Below, piece by piece: positions 37,601-46,314 of a DNA stretch of 64,000 nucleotides. This DNA comes from a virus. Made by a program: the position numbers and the translations under genes. The stretch covers positions 16,960 to 80,959 of IMG/VR virus record IMGVR_UViG_3300032050_000075. One strand, given 5' to 3'. The notes under the pieces were generated by a model that made no database searches, was not told where the DNA came from, and was given only the letters and a program-made list of their open reading frames with translations. How positions within the stretch are numbered: position 1 is the first letter of the stretch; the number at the start of each line of letters is the position of its first letter.

Positions 37601-39755
37601 AATTGGTTAGCAGTTTTTGTTTTGGATATCCTGGAACAGGTTCAAAACTACCCTTCATGTTGTAGTTATGCCCTAGTTCTCCATATAACTTTAATTCTGA
37701 TGCAGATAAAAAAGGTCTCTGAAAATTAGTGTCGGGAGAATGAAATGTAAAAAAGGTTTGGCTATACGCACTTAACCAATAGTCTGGATCATCTTTTTCT
37801 TGCCTAACATTACCACCATAACTAGTAAGAGTAAAATCACGCCCAAGATAATTTCCAACATAGTTAGGATAAAGTATTTCTTTTGCATCTGGTGATGGTA
37901 GGTCAGTTCCAAGATCCTCCCTATAGGATCTCATATTATTAACTATACCTTTGGCTACTATGGTTCTATTACCTTGTCTATTACTTCTTAATATTTCATA
38001 TCCAACAATTCCAGGAATAACTAGACCATTATTATCTACAGGAGCTTTAATATTTTCAAACTCAACACCTAGTAATCTTATTGCAACTGGTCGTGCAATA
38101 CCACCTCCAATTGTAGTATCTACCCTTACATGACTATAGTTTAAATTAGGATATGGATCAATAACCCCCTCACCATCGGAATATAAAAAGTCAGCAGGCA
38201 TTTTATGGTGCCTAATTGGTAGTCCGCATAAGTCATTAATAGGGTCACTTGTACCGGCCCATTGATATTGAGTAGCATTCCAAACATTTGGTTTATCAGC
38301 AGGATATGATTCTGTAGATTCCCAATATCCCATTTTACCTCTAGCAATAACATTTCCTACTACTAGAGGTGCGTTATCATTTGGAAGTATATTAGGTAAC
38401 GATGTAGCATATGCTGTATTTACAACTTCCCAAACTTTTGTATCATAGTTAGGATCATTAAACCTTTCTATATTATCTCTATTTATTGCTCCATAGGTAG
38501 CTATTTCCCATGGCTGTGCAGCTCTTCCTGGAATATGATAAGAACTTGATCTTTCTCCAGTATTATAAACCCATCTAATCCAGAAACAGTATTGCTCATC
38601 TCGCATGTATCCAGTTTCATTACCACCTTTTTCATAGTAATCTGCTGGATATTCTACCATTACCCAATTTGTTCTAATCTGATTAGCCAGTGGCTGATAA
38701 TTAAAATCAAATCGTCCAGTAGGTGCAGTTCTAATCAAATAGTTATTTACAGCATATACTGCTTCTGATTTTTCGTATATACCAGATCTTAAAGGAATGT
38801 ATTGAATGGGAACGGTTTCAAGTTCTGGATTTATATTATCAAGAGATATGGCATTAGTTTGCGTACTATAATAACCAATAATTCTAGCTACAGTCTGTTG
38901 ATTAATAGTAGAAACTATAACTAATTGAAACTCGCTAAAGTTATCTGTATCAAGATTACTAAAATTAATATCAATAGAGCCTTGAAGATTCTCGTGACTA
39001 AAAATTGGCTGAACTTGAGAAGGGTTGAAATAATCTGTAACACGTTGTTGATTAATACTATAGGCAACTGTTGCATAATATGATCCATTTGGTAACTGAC
39101 CGCCGCTGTATCCTTTTTGAATAGTAATACAAGGAATACTCATTAAACTGCTTATTCGTGTTCTTTCTACATCTAGAGTAAGCGGTACATTTGGAGTACA
39201 GTCTATGCAAGGTCCTGGTAAAGAATCAGTACATTCATATGGTACACCCGTCCATGGTTCATCATTTAAAACTTCCGGATAATTACCCAATGTAATATCT
39301 CCAATGTTTAAAGTCCTATCTGGATTAAGTCCATCTGCCCAATAAATTTGATATGTGCAATCAAAATTTGATTTAGCTGCACCAATTATATTATTAGATC
39401 TTCTAAAATTCCATTGTGCATCACGACTGATAACATAATAACTTCGGGACTTTTCTTTAAATAGGCCTACCTCCGACATTATATCGTCGGTACTAAATAA
39501 TACCCAATAGTCTTCAATAACAGGTACAGCACCTATTAATGAATAAGATAGTTGTGTCCAGGGAATGTTTGATGGTTCATTTCCAACAACACCTAAATCA
39601 CCCTGACTAGAATTATTTACAAGATTTCTTGCGTGGTACCATGTGCCTTCAGGCATAAATGACTCAGACATGTCCTTAACCATTCCTTTGTTAAAGGAAT
39701 TAGTTGTGGCACTAGATGTTTGATCAGATGGTGTATTTTGATTTTTCTTAGCCAT
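34683..39755 (-). CDS. tail stabilization/nozzle-type protein (1690 aa)
   Basis: NSFNKGMVKD...ARNL..GNEPSN N-terminus and WTVSFD..KSWLSFHDWHPDY C-terminal motifs typical of crAss-like/P22 gp10-like stabilization proteins. Confidence 0.7.
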   Translation of the reverse strand: MAKKNQNTPSDQTSSATTNSFNKGMVKDMSESFMPEGTWYHARNLVNNSSQGDLGVVGNEPSNIPWTQLSYSLIGAVPVIEDYWVLFSTDDIMSEVGLFKEKSRSYYVISRDAQWNFRRSNNIIGAAKSNFDCTYQIYWADGLNPDRTLNIGDITLGNYPEVLNDEPWTGVPYECTDSLPGPCIDCTPNVPLTLDVERTRISSLMSIPCITIQKGYSGGQLPNGSYYATVAYSINQQRVTDYFNPSQVQPIFSHENLQGSIDINFSNLDTDNFSEFQLVIVSTINQQTVARIIGYYSTQTNAISLDNINPELETVPIQYIPLRSGIYEKSEAVYAVNNYLIRTAPTGRFDFNYQPLANQIRTNWVMVEYPADYYEKGGNETGYMRDEQYCFWIRWVYNTGERSSSYHIPGRAAQPWEIATYGAINRDNIERFNDPNYDTKVWEVVNTAYATSLPNILPNDNAPLVVGNVIARGKMGYWESTESYPADKPNVWNATQYQWAGTSDPINDLCGLPIRHHKMPADFLYSDGEGVIDPYPNLNYSHVRVDTTIGGGIARPVAIRLLGVEFENIKAPVDNNGLVIPGIVGYEILRSNRQGNRTIVAKGIVNNMRSYREDLGTDLPSPDAKEILYPNYVGNYLGRDFTLTSYGGNVRQEKDDPDYWLSAYSQTFFTFHSPDTNFQRPFLSASELKLYGELGHNYNMKGSFEPVPGYPKQKLLTNFAYLISTIVGMAYAARAMRGDNVRKIEANAPGAFTAYSQTYNTFANFASNIFGEDAAYGTYLTASLPGAFIGGGSQSVELTSSDFKHLPQALQLLGSIPTFAFYWGSSTSAVLDLVRAIVPYRDYVYRSISHIDLAVIKPGNVKLGNTRRSISDSTYLENQFSVLGDKEVNNLYRSQCIGLQVGPFNVQNPLLVDASVQTIGTVITLGETSDYVKNYGITYKDPSSGYFRTTSSCYYAGLKVRYRNQYGQIDSPKQIPTGCSVNVFSNGQEIPSFFADATGARVVVRSTSVILGGDVYIGRYTEKNTFFYFFDWLYNVTDGTEIDYTTRYMINYPRFYADFTKFDGSDLFQGFGEVFENIFDDDDATGFIDSLSLLLPSSKYNLDTDGLSIFGLDLPVTLTFRFGVRNSYMYLFQSGVRDFFVESEYNVDLRDWGEIKQERIYDPYGYSNLRELFDTDIIKFGNYYKYDISLGLSKIYNSYISWGNLQDRSYNPEVAETCFTYFPNRVIYSLPQTKEDKKDYWRVYLVNNYNDFSDRVTAFKSINKNGAIILFENSTPLLFNAVDQLQTVAGTKITIGDGGLFSQPLQTLNNADAQFLHGSCQDRLSVVNTPAGIYWMSAAQGKIFTVADGLMAISDMGMKWWFSKYLKYFLLDRIPDFDLIGNPTLGIACQVVYDNDNGVLYFSKRDFKIKPEYEGGVRYLGDGQISIRGFNLNVRTTVRDLRYFDDVSWTVSFDTKTKSWLSFHDWHPDYVMASSRGFLTYKYAGYDSFIWKHANFTSSTFCRFYGIEYPWEIDYVSSTGQTVNTTRSVEYLLESYVYDRDGIDRFQVLDHNFDEAIVYNTEQTSGVLRLNATPKNNAPMILGFPKVNLSNIDILYSKEEQKIRFNQFWDITNDRGEFFAGTLVQQSIWDTELNGYIRVLNPNNLNYAKPAFQRKKFRHYLNHVVLTKKISGNVKMLLKVINNKLLNSPR

Positions 39756-39757
39756 TA

Positions 39758-40663
39758 TTACACAGCATTATTTACTCTCAAGTTTGACGTTGGATAAGGA
39801 TATGACTTAAACATATCATAGTACTTACCATACATTGCTTTTCTGTTAGCAGCCCATAATTTTTCCATTTCAGAGAAATTAGGAGTATTAACAACAGAAA
39901 GAGCATTGTTTCTTGCGGCTCTGTATTCCTGCATTACCAACTGTAACTGGGCAGTTACATTACTGCCATCCATTAAAAGATTTTCTAAAATCCTTTTCTT
40001 TAGTGCGTACTCATAGTACTCATTAAGGTAAGGATGATCTGGTACCATAAGATTACCGTCTTCATCCTCAAGCGTTCCCTGGTAGTTTATATATAAGTTG
40101 CCTTCCTCAAAATTTGTATAAATCCAACCGTCTTTAATATAAGCCTCGTCCTTTGCTATGTATCCTAAGCTAGGACAGTCTTTATCAACGTATTGCGAAT
40201 TTTTAAATCTAATTGGTGTAAAATGAGAATACGTTCTTGTCTCAGTATTAACTACTTGAATTAACTGATAACTTGATCCGCACTGAGTTAAACATACTGG
40301 CTGTTGAGGTAATGACACATTGGAACAATAGTTCTGCTCTACCCAAGGTCTCCATTCTGGTGTAACCTGTTGAATATTAGTACCTTGTGGTGGTGTAAAT
40401 GTATATGTTGCATCTCCACAAAGAAGTGCAAAGTTCATTACATAAAAATCATCTGGTAACTTAACGCGACTCTTGCATACCTCTACAAGACGTTCTTTGG
40501 TCATATAGATTCTTAGACCAAGGTCATAATTTACACGTATTGCAACTTTAAGAAGTTGGGCAGGATCTACAGTACCGTCAGTTGCTAAACTTCTAAGATC
40601 AAGCTTAACATCCTCAAGTAAGGAATCAAATGACCGGTATTTAAGAGTATATGCAATGTCCAT
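39758..40663 (-). CDS. tail ring/adaptor protein (301 aa)
   Basis: VKLPDDF, IYTNFEEG, DEDGNLMVPD..YYEYALK pattern of crAss-like ring proteins; located just upstream of the stabilization gene. Confidence 0.6.
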   Translation of the reverse strand: MDIAYTLKYRSFDSLLEDVKLDLRSLATDGTVDPAQLLKVAIRVNYDLGLRIYMTKERLVEVCKSRVKLPDDFYVMNFALLCGDATYTFTPPQGTNIQQVTPEWRPWVEQNYCSNVSLPQQPVCLTQCGSSYQLIQVVNTETRTYSHFTPIRFKNSQYVDKDCPSLGYIAKDEAYIKDGWIYTNFEEGNLYINYQGTLEDEDGNLMVPDHPYLNEYYEYALKKRILENLLMDGSNVTAQLQLVMQEYRAARNNALSVVNTPNFSEMEKLWAANRKAMYGKYYDMFKSYPYPTSNLRVNNAV

Positions 40664-40664
40664 C

Positions 40665-41357
40665 TTAGCGTTCTATTATATAATTAGAATAATTGATTTT
40701 TTTAAGAATCTGTCTAGGCTTGCCATAATAAAACTTATGGATCAAAGTATCTCTTTTGATGTTTAAGAAATCTTCAACTTCTCTCTTACTATTAAATATA
40801 GTAACTTCTCCTGTTATTGTATTAGTAAGAGTTACTAGTTTTCCTTTTTTTCTAGATCCTATTGATTTTTTTCTAGCTTCTTTTATAGCTTCAATATGAG
40901 ATTCGGTATAGTTTCTTTTTTGCCCTATAAGTTTTTTTGTTCTTGCGGCAACCCATTCCTTAGGTTGTTTCTTTCCTTTTAAAGATGAAGATTTTCCTAT
41001 TCTGTTTAATCTTTTACGCTCTTTAGCTTCATTTGTTAAAGAACCTAAATCTTCTCCACCATGCGTAAGATTATAACCTTTATCTCTATTACATGTTTCA
41101 TAAGAACTTATCCAAAACATTTCAAATTCTTTAAGTTCTTCCTGCAAGCATTCCTGAACTAGAAATGCAACAAAAGGAGATTTTGAATATGCTGCTTGAA
41201 GATATTCATTGTAATGCTGCTTCCTTACTAAATCTTTTGTGTGTTGATTTATTCTGCTTAGTATATTTCTGGAAAGTCCAATATATTTCTTACCATTGCT
41301 TTTATTCAAAAGACAGTAGATACCGCATGTATTATTTTTTATGTTTAGTATTTCCAT
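40665..41357 (-). mobile_element. free-standing GIY-YIG homing endonuclease (NUMOD-type C-terminus)
   Basis: CGIYCLLN..NGKKYIGLS.NI..R...H; E..WI...GYN; basic NUMOD3-like and HTH-like tail. Confidence 0.85.
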
Positions 41358-42022
41358 TATCTAAGAACGTTTTGTTTATCAGAAATAAAAGTATCCTGAG
41401 GTATTTGAGCAGACTTCATAAAGTCATTTACAACTTGCTGCTCTATTTCTGCAAATAATTCTGGTGGAATATTCATAGCCTGATCTTGTATTGCAGTACA
41501 TGGATCATCGCAAGTATATCCTGATAGGTCACTATCAAAGATACCTTCAACCAACACAGAATCCCATTCAATACCTGGAATATAAATGTATCCATCCATA
41601 AACCAGTAGTACTTATTCTTATTGTATTTAAACGCACTAGTCTTGGTCATACTAGTATATAGTGCTGGAGTTGTTCTATACACCTCTATAGAGTTATCCA
41701 CAGAACTTACAGAACGTAGCAACGGTCCCTGTATTCCTTCCATTACACCAGGTAGTTTTTCTCTGGTTCTCATTATCTTACAACCAGAAGACACATTGCA
41801 ACAGGCCTCAACCTTATCTACCTCAATTAGTTCAATGCATGGTAGTTTTCTAAACAGGCTTCCAAACTTTGCTCTTGTAGCAATGCCGTCCTGTCTTTTA
41901 ATATACATCTTTGCATACTTCTGAATAAGGCTATAAATAACCCTGTCTGTAACAAAGGCATCCATAGTTACAGCCTTGATTATATTTCTTACTCTTGATA
42001 TTGATTCGCCTATAGTAGTCAT
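41357..42022 (-). CDS. tail ring/structural protein (221 aa)
   Basis: CIELIEVD..CC, KLP, YWFMDGYIY motifs like crAss-like tail ring proteins. Confidence 0.55.
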   Translation of the reverse strand: MTTIGESISRVRNIIKAVTMDAFVTDRVIYSLIQKYAKMYIKRQDGIATRAKFGSLFRKLPCIELIEVDKVEACCNVSSGCKIMRTREKLPGVMEGIQGPLLRSVSSVDNSIEVYRTTPALYTSMTKTSAFKYNKNKYYWFMDGYIYIPGIEWDSVLVEGIFDSDLSGYTCDDPCTAIQDQAMNIPPELFAEIEQQVVNDFMKSAQIPQDTFISDKQNVLR

Positions 42023-42606
42023 TAGTCTATATCAAATTCGTTATACTCATTAAATTGCTTTTCCCGTATAGTATCAAAATAATCTTTTTGTCTCATCTTT
42101 TTATACATTTTTGATACTTTCGTAGTATTATCAATTACAAGATATTTTCTCCAGTCTTCCTTAAATGATTTTGTCACTGCTCTTTTAAAGTACCTTGCGC
42201 CATTAAAGGCCCATATACTTCTATCCCGTAATTTATATTTTGCACTGTAGTTACTGTAGAATATCTTCCCTAGATAACCATCAGTGTCATAGTTCTTATG
42301 CGTAACGGCCATACCGTATTTAATTGATTTACCATAATCTATGTTATCTTTTTTAACATATGGACAGGCACCAATAAATACGTATCCTAATCCTTCAGGT
42401 AGCTCTACACCATCTCTATTATCTATAATTGCTTCCCAAAGAAAACCGTTAAACTTCCTTACAATATCTTTTATATCTTTTTTCTGATACTTGGATAGTT
42501 CAGGATGTCTAGAACAAAACTCCTCCATATAGTCATCAGTTATTATATTCTTTTTCTTGACTCTATATCTAGGGGCTGATAAATCTGGTTTTCTAAACTC
42601 GCGCAT
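42022..42606 (-). CDS. HU/IHF-like DNA-binding protein (194 aa)
   Basis: IVRKFNGFLWEAIIDNRDGVELPEGLGYVFI resembles the HU/IHF helix-beta core; crAss-like phages carry IHF-like genes in this module. Confidence 0.5.
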   Translation of the reverse strand: MREFRKPDLSAPRYRVKKKNIITDDYMEEFCSRHPELSKYQKKDIKDIVRKFNGFLWEAIIDNRDGVELPEGLGYVFIGACPYVKKDNIDYGKSIKYGMAVTHKNYDTDGYLGKIFYSNYSAKYKLRDRSIWAFNGARYFKRAVTKSFKEDWRKYLVIDNTTKVSKMYKKMRQKDYFDTIREKQFNEYNEFDID

Positions 42607-42617
42607 AGTACAGTTAT

Positions 42618-42642
42618 AATTTACAAAATATTACTTAAACTT
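42618..42642 (-). promoter_or_regulatory. candidate phage-specific promoter AAGTTT-N12-GTAAATT
   Basis: Second copy of the bipartite motif, 11 nt upstream of the ATG at 42606 and downstream of a hairpin. Confidence 0.45.
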
Positions 42643-42667
42643 GTGTATACTAGGTTCAAATATAAGT

Positions 42668-42700
42668 AAAATACCCCTAAGTCATTACCTAGGGGTATTT
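42668..42700 (-). terminator. hairpin terminator after the Cys-rich fibre block
   Basis: AAATACCCCTA...TAGGGGTATTT inverted repeat in an intergenic gap. Confidence 0.65.
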
Positions 42701-42731
42701 AAGGAGTCACACAAAAACCAACAAATGTGGA

Positions 42732-43442
42732 CTAATCATTCGGTATACAGTCTCCTACTTCAGTTATACTGAGTATAAAGTCATTGTCTGTTTTATTTAC
42801 TGGCCAAACACTATTCTCAGCAGCACATACTGTGACACCAACTGGATCATCAGATACAGAAATAACATCAATTGTTTGATTGCAGTCTGTGTAATAAATA
42901 TCAATTGGACTAATTACAGTTACTTGGTATAACTTACATACACAACAAGATGTCTCAGCAAACGTAATTGAATATCCAGCCCCAATAGGTCCATCACCAC
43001 CAGAACATACACTTATATAAGTAACGGAACCAGGATCAGATCTTAATTCGTATTCTGTTCCATCATCCTCACCATTACAATCTGTAACAGTAAAGGTTCC
43101 ACAGTCTGGATCTGAACATTCAACGAAATATGATGTACATGGTGTTGTCTCTGGGAATGGGGTAACAAATAATACCTTGTTCTGATTTGAATTTATATCA
43201 GAACAACATGGTTGTATATATCCTGTAACTGTAACAGCAACATCGCAAGTAGGCAAATCGGTGGGGATATCTACTAGGCAGTCTACATAATCTGAAAGTA
43301 GTATCTCAACCGTTTTTGCAGTGTTTATTACTGAAGGACTATCATCTTGGTAGCAGCAATACTCAGCGCCTGTTGTTTTAAAACATATTCTATGACATCC
43401 AGAATACCTTGGAGTATATGTAACAACAATAGTTGGGATCAT
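42732..43442 (-). CDS. Cys-rich acidic structural protein (~236 aa)
   Basis: Start moved to MIPTIVV (43442) to avoid overlap with the FN3 gene; many Cys, including CC and CxxC. Confidence 0.65.
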   Translation of the reverse strand: MIPTIVVTYTPRYSGCHRICFKTTGAEYCCYQDDSPSVINTAKTVEILLSDYVDCLVDIPTDLPTCDVAVTVTGYIQPCCSDINSNQNKVLFVTPFPETTPCTSYFVECSDPDCGTFTVTDCNGEDDGTEYELRSDPGSVTYISVCSGGDGPIGAGYSITFAETSCCVCKLYQVTVISPIDIYYTDCNQTIDVISVSDDPVGVTVCAAENSVWPVNKTDNDFILSITEVGDCIPND

Positions 43443-43444
43443 GA

Positions 43445-43723
43445 TTAAAGTGTGCTTTTTAAAATTGTAGCAGAATAGCATGAGGTACCAATACCGCAGA
43501 GTGTATTTACTCTAAACAAGTACTCGGTTCCTGATGTTAAACTACCAACAATAGCAGAAGTAGTTGTTTGTTGAGGTAGTAAAGTATATGTAGTAACAAG
43601 CGGATTATTTACTTTATATTCAACTTGATACCCGGTTGCATCTGTAACAGTACTCCAACTAAGTGTTACTGTTGTACTAGTTACATTAAGTGTAGTAACC
43701 GGAATTGTGGATAAACAAGGCAT
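43445..43723 (-). CDS. fibronectin type III domain protein (92 aa)
   Basis: VTSTTVTLSW...ATGYQVEYK...VGSLTSGTEYLFRVNTLC canonical FN3 pattern. Confidence 0.85.
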   Translation of the reverse strand: MPCLSTIPVTTLNVTSTTVTLSWSTVTDATGYQVEYKVNNPLVTTYTLLPQQTTTSAIVGSLTSGTEYLFRVNTLCGIGTSCYSATILKSTL

Positions 43724-43736
43724 ATTATTATATCAA

Positions 43737-46301
43737 TTAGATTTGACAAATTTTTATGGTAGAACTAGAGTCTCTATATAAAGCATACTGTGGTACTCCT
43801 GCTCCACTAGCTGCAGTATCGTCAGCATATGGTCCAGGTAAGTTTTGTGGGAATCTAATTGTTTGACCTGTACCAACGGAAACCATGGTAAGTTCTGTTC
43901 CAGATTCAACAACATTTATTTTAAATAATGCGTCCCTTGTTGCAGATGTTACATCAGTATACTCATAAGTAAGACTACCTGCGGCATTTGCATTGCCAGA
44001 ATCGTCTTCTATAGTAACACTTAATCCAGTTCCAATACCTATAGCGGCAGTACCTGTTGTAAGTTTTACAAATCGTAATGCAGTCTCAATAGTATTAGTA
44101 CTTTGATTTCTTGTAAGTGATGCTGCTATATTTCCAGATGAGGTTGCTTGTAAAGCAATTCCGGATGTTGATGTTGCAACAACACCAGCACCTGAGTTTG
44201 ATATACCTTGAACTGCAGTACCACTACCTGCATTACCATACACAGAAACAGTACTTACTGCACTAGAGGAAGCATATATTGCAGAACCACTAGTTCCATT
44301 TGTTGATACCCTTAATGCTGTAGAATTTGTAGTACCTGCTGTATTATCAATTGTTAATACAGATGCACCTGAACCGTTCTGTATACCAGATAATGTAATG
44401 TCATATGGGCCAGTATTGATAAACCTGTTTCCAGTTAAATCAGCACCAGCTGATAATGTTGAATAACCTAATTCAACCTGACCAGGTGTTGCACCAATTG
44501 ATAAACCTTCGGCTGCACTAACAGTAATACCTGACGCTGGTTCTGTAATTACATTTCCAGAAGCATCAAATCCTAATAGACCAACAGCAGTTCCTGCAAA
44601 TGATGATGTTGCAGTATATTTATTTAGTACAAGCTGACCAGTTCCAAGTAATTCTAAATTACTTACAGGGTTAATATCACCTGTATTTTTAGTTGAGAGT
44701 GTTAACTTAGTTGCACCTGTCCCAGTTGTAACATCGGTATAAGATGATGTAATAAAACTAGAGTACTGTAAACCTCCAGAAGCAACAAGATCGTTTAGAG
44801 TAAATGATAATTGAGCACCATATCCAACTATTGGAAGTGATGACAAATATGGTGACCTGATACTTAATACTTCCCTTACTCCACCTGTATCATTAACTGT
44901 AGATATGTATGAAGGTCCACCGGTTTGTTGCGCTTCAAATGCAACAGTTTGTGAATCAATTAAAATACCTGTACCATTAGCAGTAATATCAATTGCTCTA
45001 CCTAAGGAGTCACCAGACAACTGGTTAATTTTAATTACTGTACTGCTATTATTACTATTTTCAAGTTGAAGTACTTCTCCGGCTCCGGTTGATGCAGTTA
45101 GGTTTAAAAAGAATCCAGCAGTATCGATATATCTATCCTGAGTAAATGTTGCTGGTGTAGCTAATGTACCGCCTAGCAATGTTTCATTTGGATTTAAAGG
45201 ATTGATTGTCAAACCTTCTGCTGCAGAAATTGAAGCAATAACGGGTTCCCATTCTGCTTCACCTGTAAGTGCTTTCAGGGTAAGTACTTGATTTACAAGT
45301 GCAGTACCAGCATCAATTTTAGGAGTATGTATAATAATTTCATTATCAGAAGTCCCTTCATTAACCTCAAGCCAAGCATCCCCATAAGGAGAAGATACAT
45401 ACATTGCACTGTATAAACTGCCGATTTCTAGACCTGTAGATTCAATAGCACTTGCAGAATCTGTATATACAAGTGATGCAATATTCTGGGCAATATTCAG
45501 CTCAGTTTTATCTGTTGCAAACTCAGTTTTAATATTAGTATTTACACTTGCAGAACTAGAAAAACTATCTAAATCATCTAGCGCAAGACTATATGCATTA
45601 GAGTCACCGTCAATTGTAGTATTCTGAAGCAGTGTACCTCCGAGCCATACTTCCTCATCATTTAATGGATTTTTACTAAGTCCATTATCTGCAGAAATAA
45701 CCACATTTATATCTGTATCTAGGATACCTCCGGCAAAAGAAAGATTAGGACCAATAGTTACATTAGTAAATTTACCAGCACCATCCCCCATTAATACAGA
45801 TGAACCCGTAGTAAGTGTAGGAATATCATCAATTACTAATGCTCTAAACTGTGGTGTATCATCAGGTCCAGAAACAGGCCCTGCAAATACAGTATTAGAT
45901 GGCTGATCCTCTAATGCAAGAGTCAAATTTCCACCAGGCGTAGTTACAGGAACAATAGGAGTAACAAAGATATTTGTTGGAACATCAACACCTACTTCTA
46001 CAATACCGCCACCAGCAAATGGTAATTCATTTCCGATACCTACACCAAAACCTCCAGCATATTCAACACAAAGAGGATTTGTAAGAATCATCGCAATTCT
46101 TTGTAGAATACTATCTAATGTTTCTCCTGGTTGAATACCAAGATCATTAATACCATCAGAAAGTACAATACATGCCGCACTCATATATTCTGAGCATCTT
46201 GGTGGACATGCTGGTAAACATGTTGTTACAACAGGAGTTGTATAAGCGGTATCTTTACAGCCGCATACTTTACTTCCACTTGCACATTTTTTACAACTCA
46301 T
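43737..46301 (-). CDS. tail fibre protein (854 aa)
   Basis: Cys-rich N-terminus, NTVFAGPVSG..PQFRAL motif, three SA(D/A)(N/E)GL...LG repeats, G/S/T-rich beta-helix-like C-terminal half. Confidence 0.7.
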   Translation of the reverse strand: MSCKKCASGSKVCGCKDTAYTTPVVTTCLPACPPRCSEYMSAACIVLSDGINDLGIQPGETLDSILQRIAMILTNPLCVEYAGGFGVGIGNELPFAGGGIVEVGVDVPTNIFVTPIVPVTTPGGNLTLALEDQPSNTVFAGPVSGPDDTPQFRALVIDDIPTLTTGSSVLMGDGAGKFTNVTIGPNLSFAGGILDTDINVVISADNGLSKNPLNDEEVWLGGTLLQNTTIDGDSNAYSLALDDLDSFSSSASVNTNIKTEFATDKTELNIAQNIASLVYTDSASAIESTGLEIGSLYSAMYVSSPYGDAWLEVNEGTSDNEIIIHTPKIDAGTALVNQVLTLKALTGEAEWEPVIASISAAEGLTINPLNPNETLLGGTLATPATFTQDRYIDTAGFFLNLTASTGAGEVLQLENSNNSSTVIKINQLSGDSLGRAIDITANGTGILIDSQTVAFEAQQTGGPSYISTVNDTGGVREVLSIRSPYLSSLPIVGYGAQLSFTLNDLVASGGLQYSSFITSSYTDVTTGTGATKLTLSTKNTGDINPVSNLELLGTGQLVLNKYTATSSFAGTAVGLLGFDASGNVITEPASGITVSAAEGLSIGATPGQVELGYSTLSAGADLTGNRFINTGPYDITLSGIQNGSGASVLTIDNTAGTTNSTALRVSTNGTSGSAIYASSSAVSTVSVYGNAGSGTAVQGISNSGAGVVATSTSGIALQATSSGNIAASLTRNQSTNTIETALRFVKLTTGTAAIGIGTGLSVTIEDDSGNANAAGSLTYEYTDVTSATRDALFKINVVESGTELTMVSVGTGQTIRFPQNLPGPYADDTAASGAGVPQYALYRDSSSTIKICQI

Positions 46302-46314
46302 TTATTTAATTTTT

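Noticed and set aside
40663-41357. Group I intron hosting the GIY-YIG ORF
   Set aside because: The flanking genes are complete separate ORFs, and there is essentially no non-coding sequence for an intron core.
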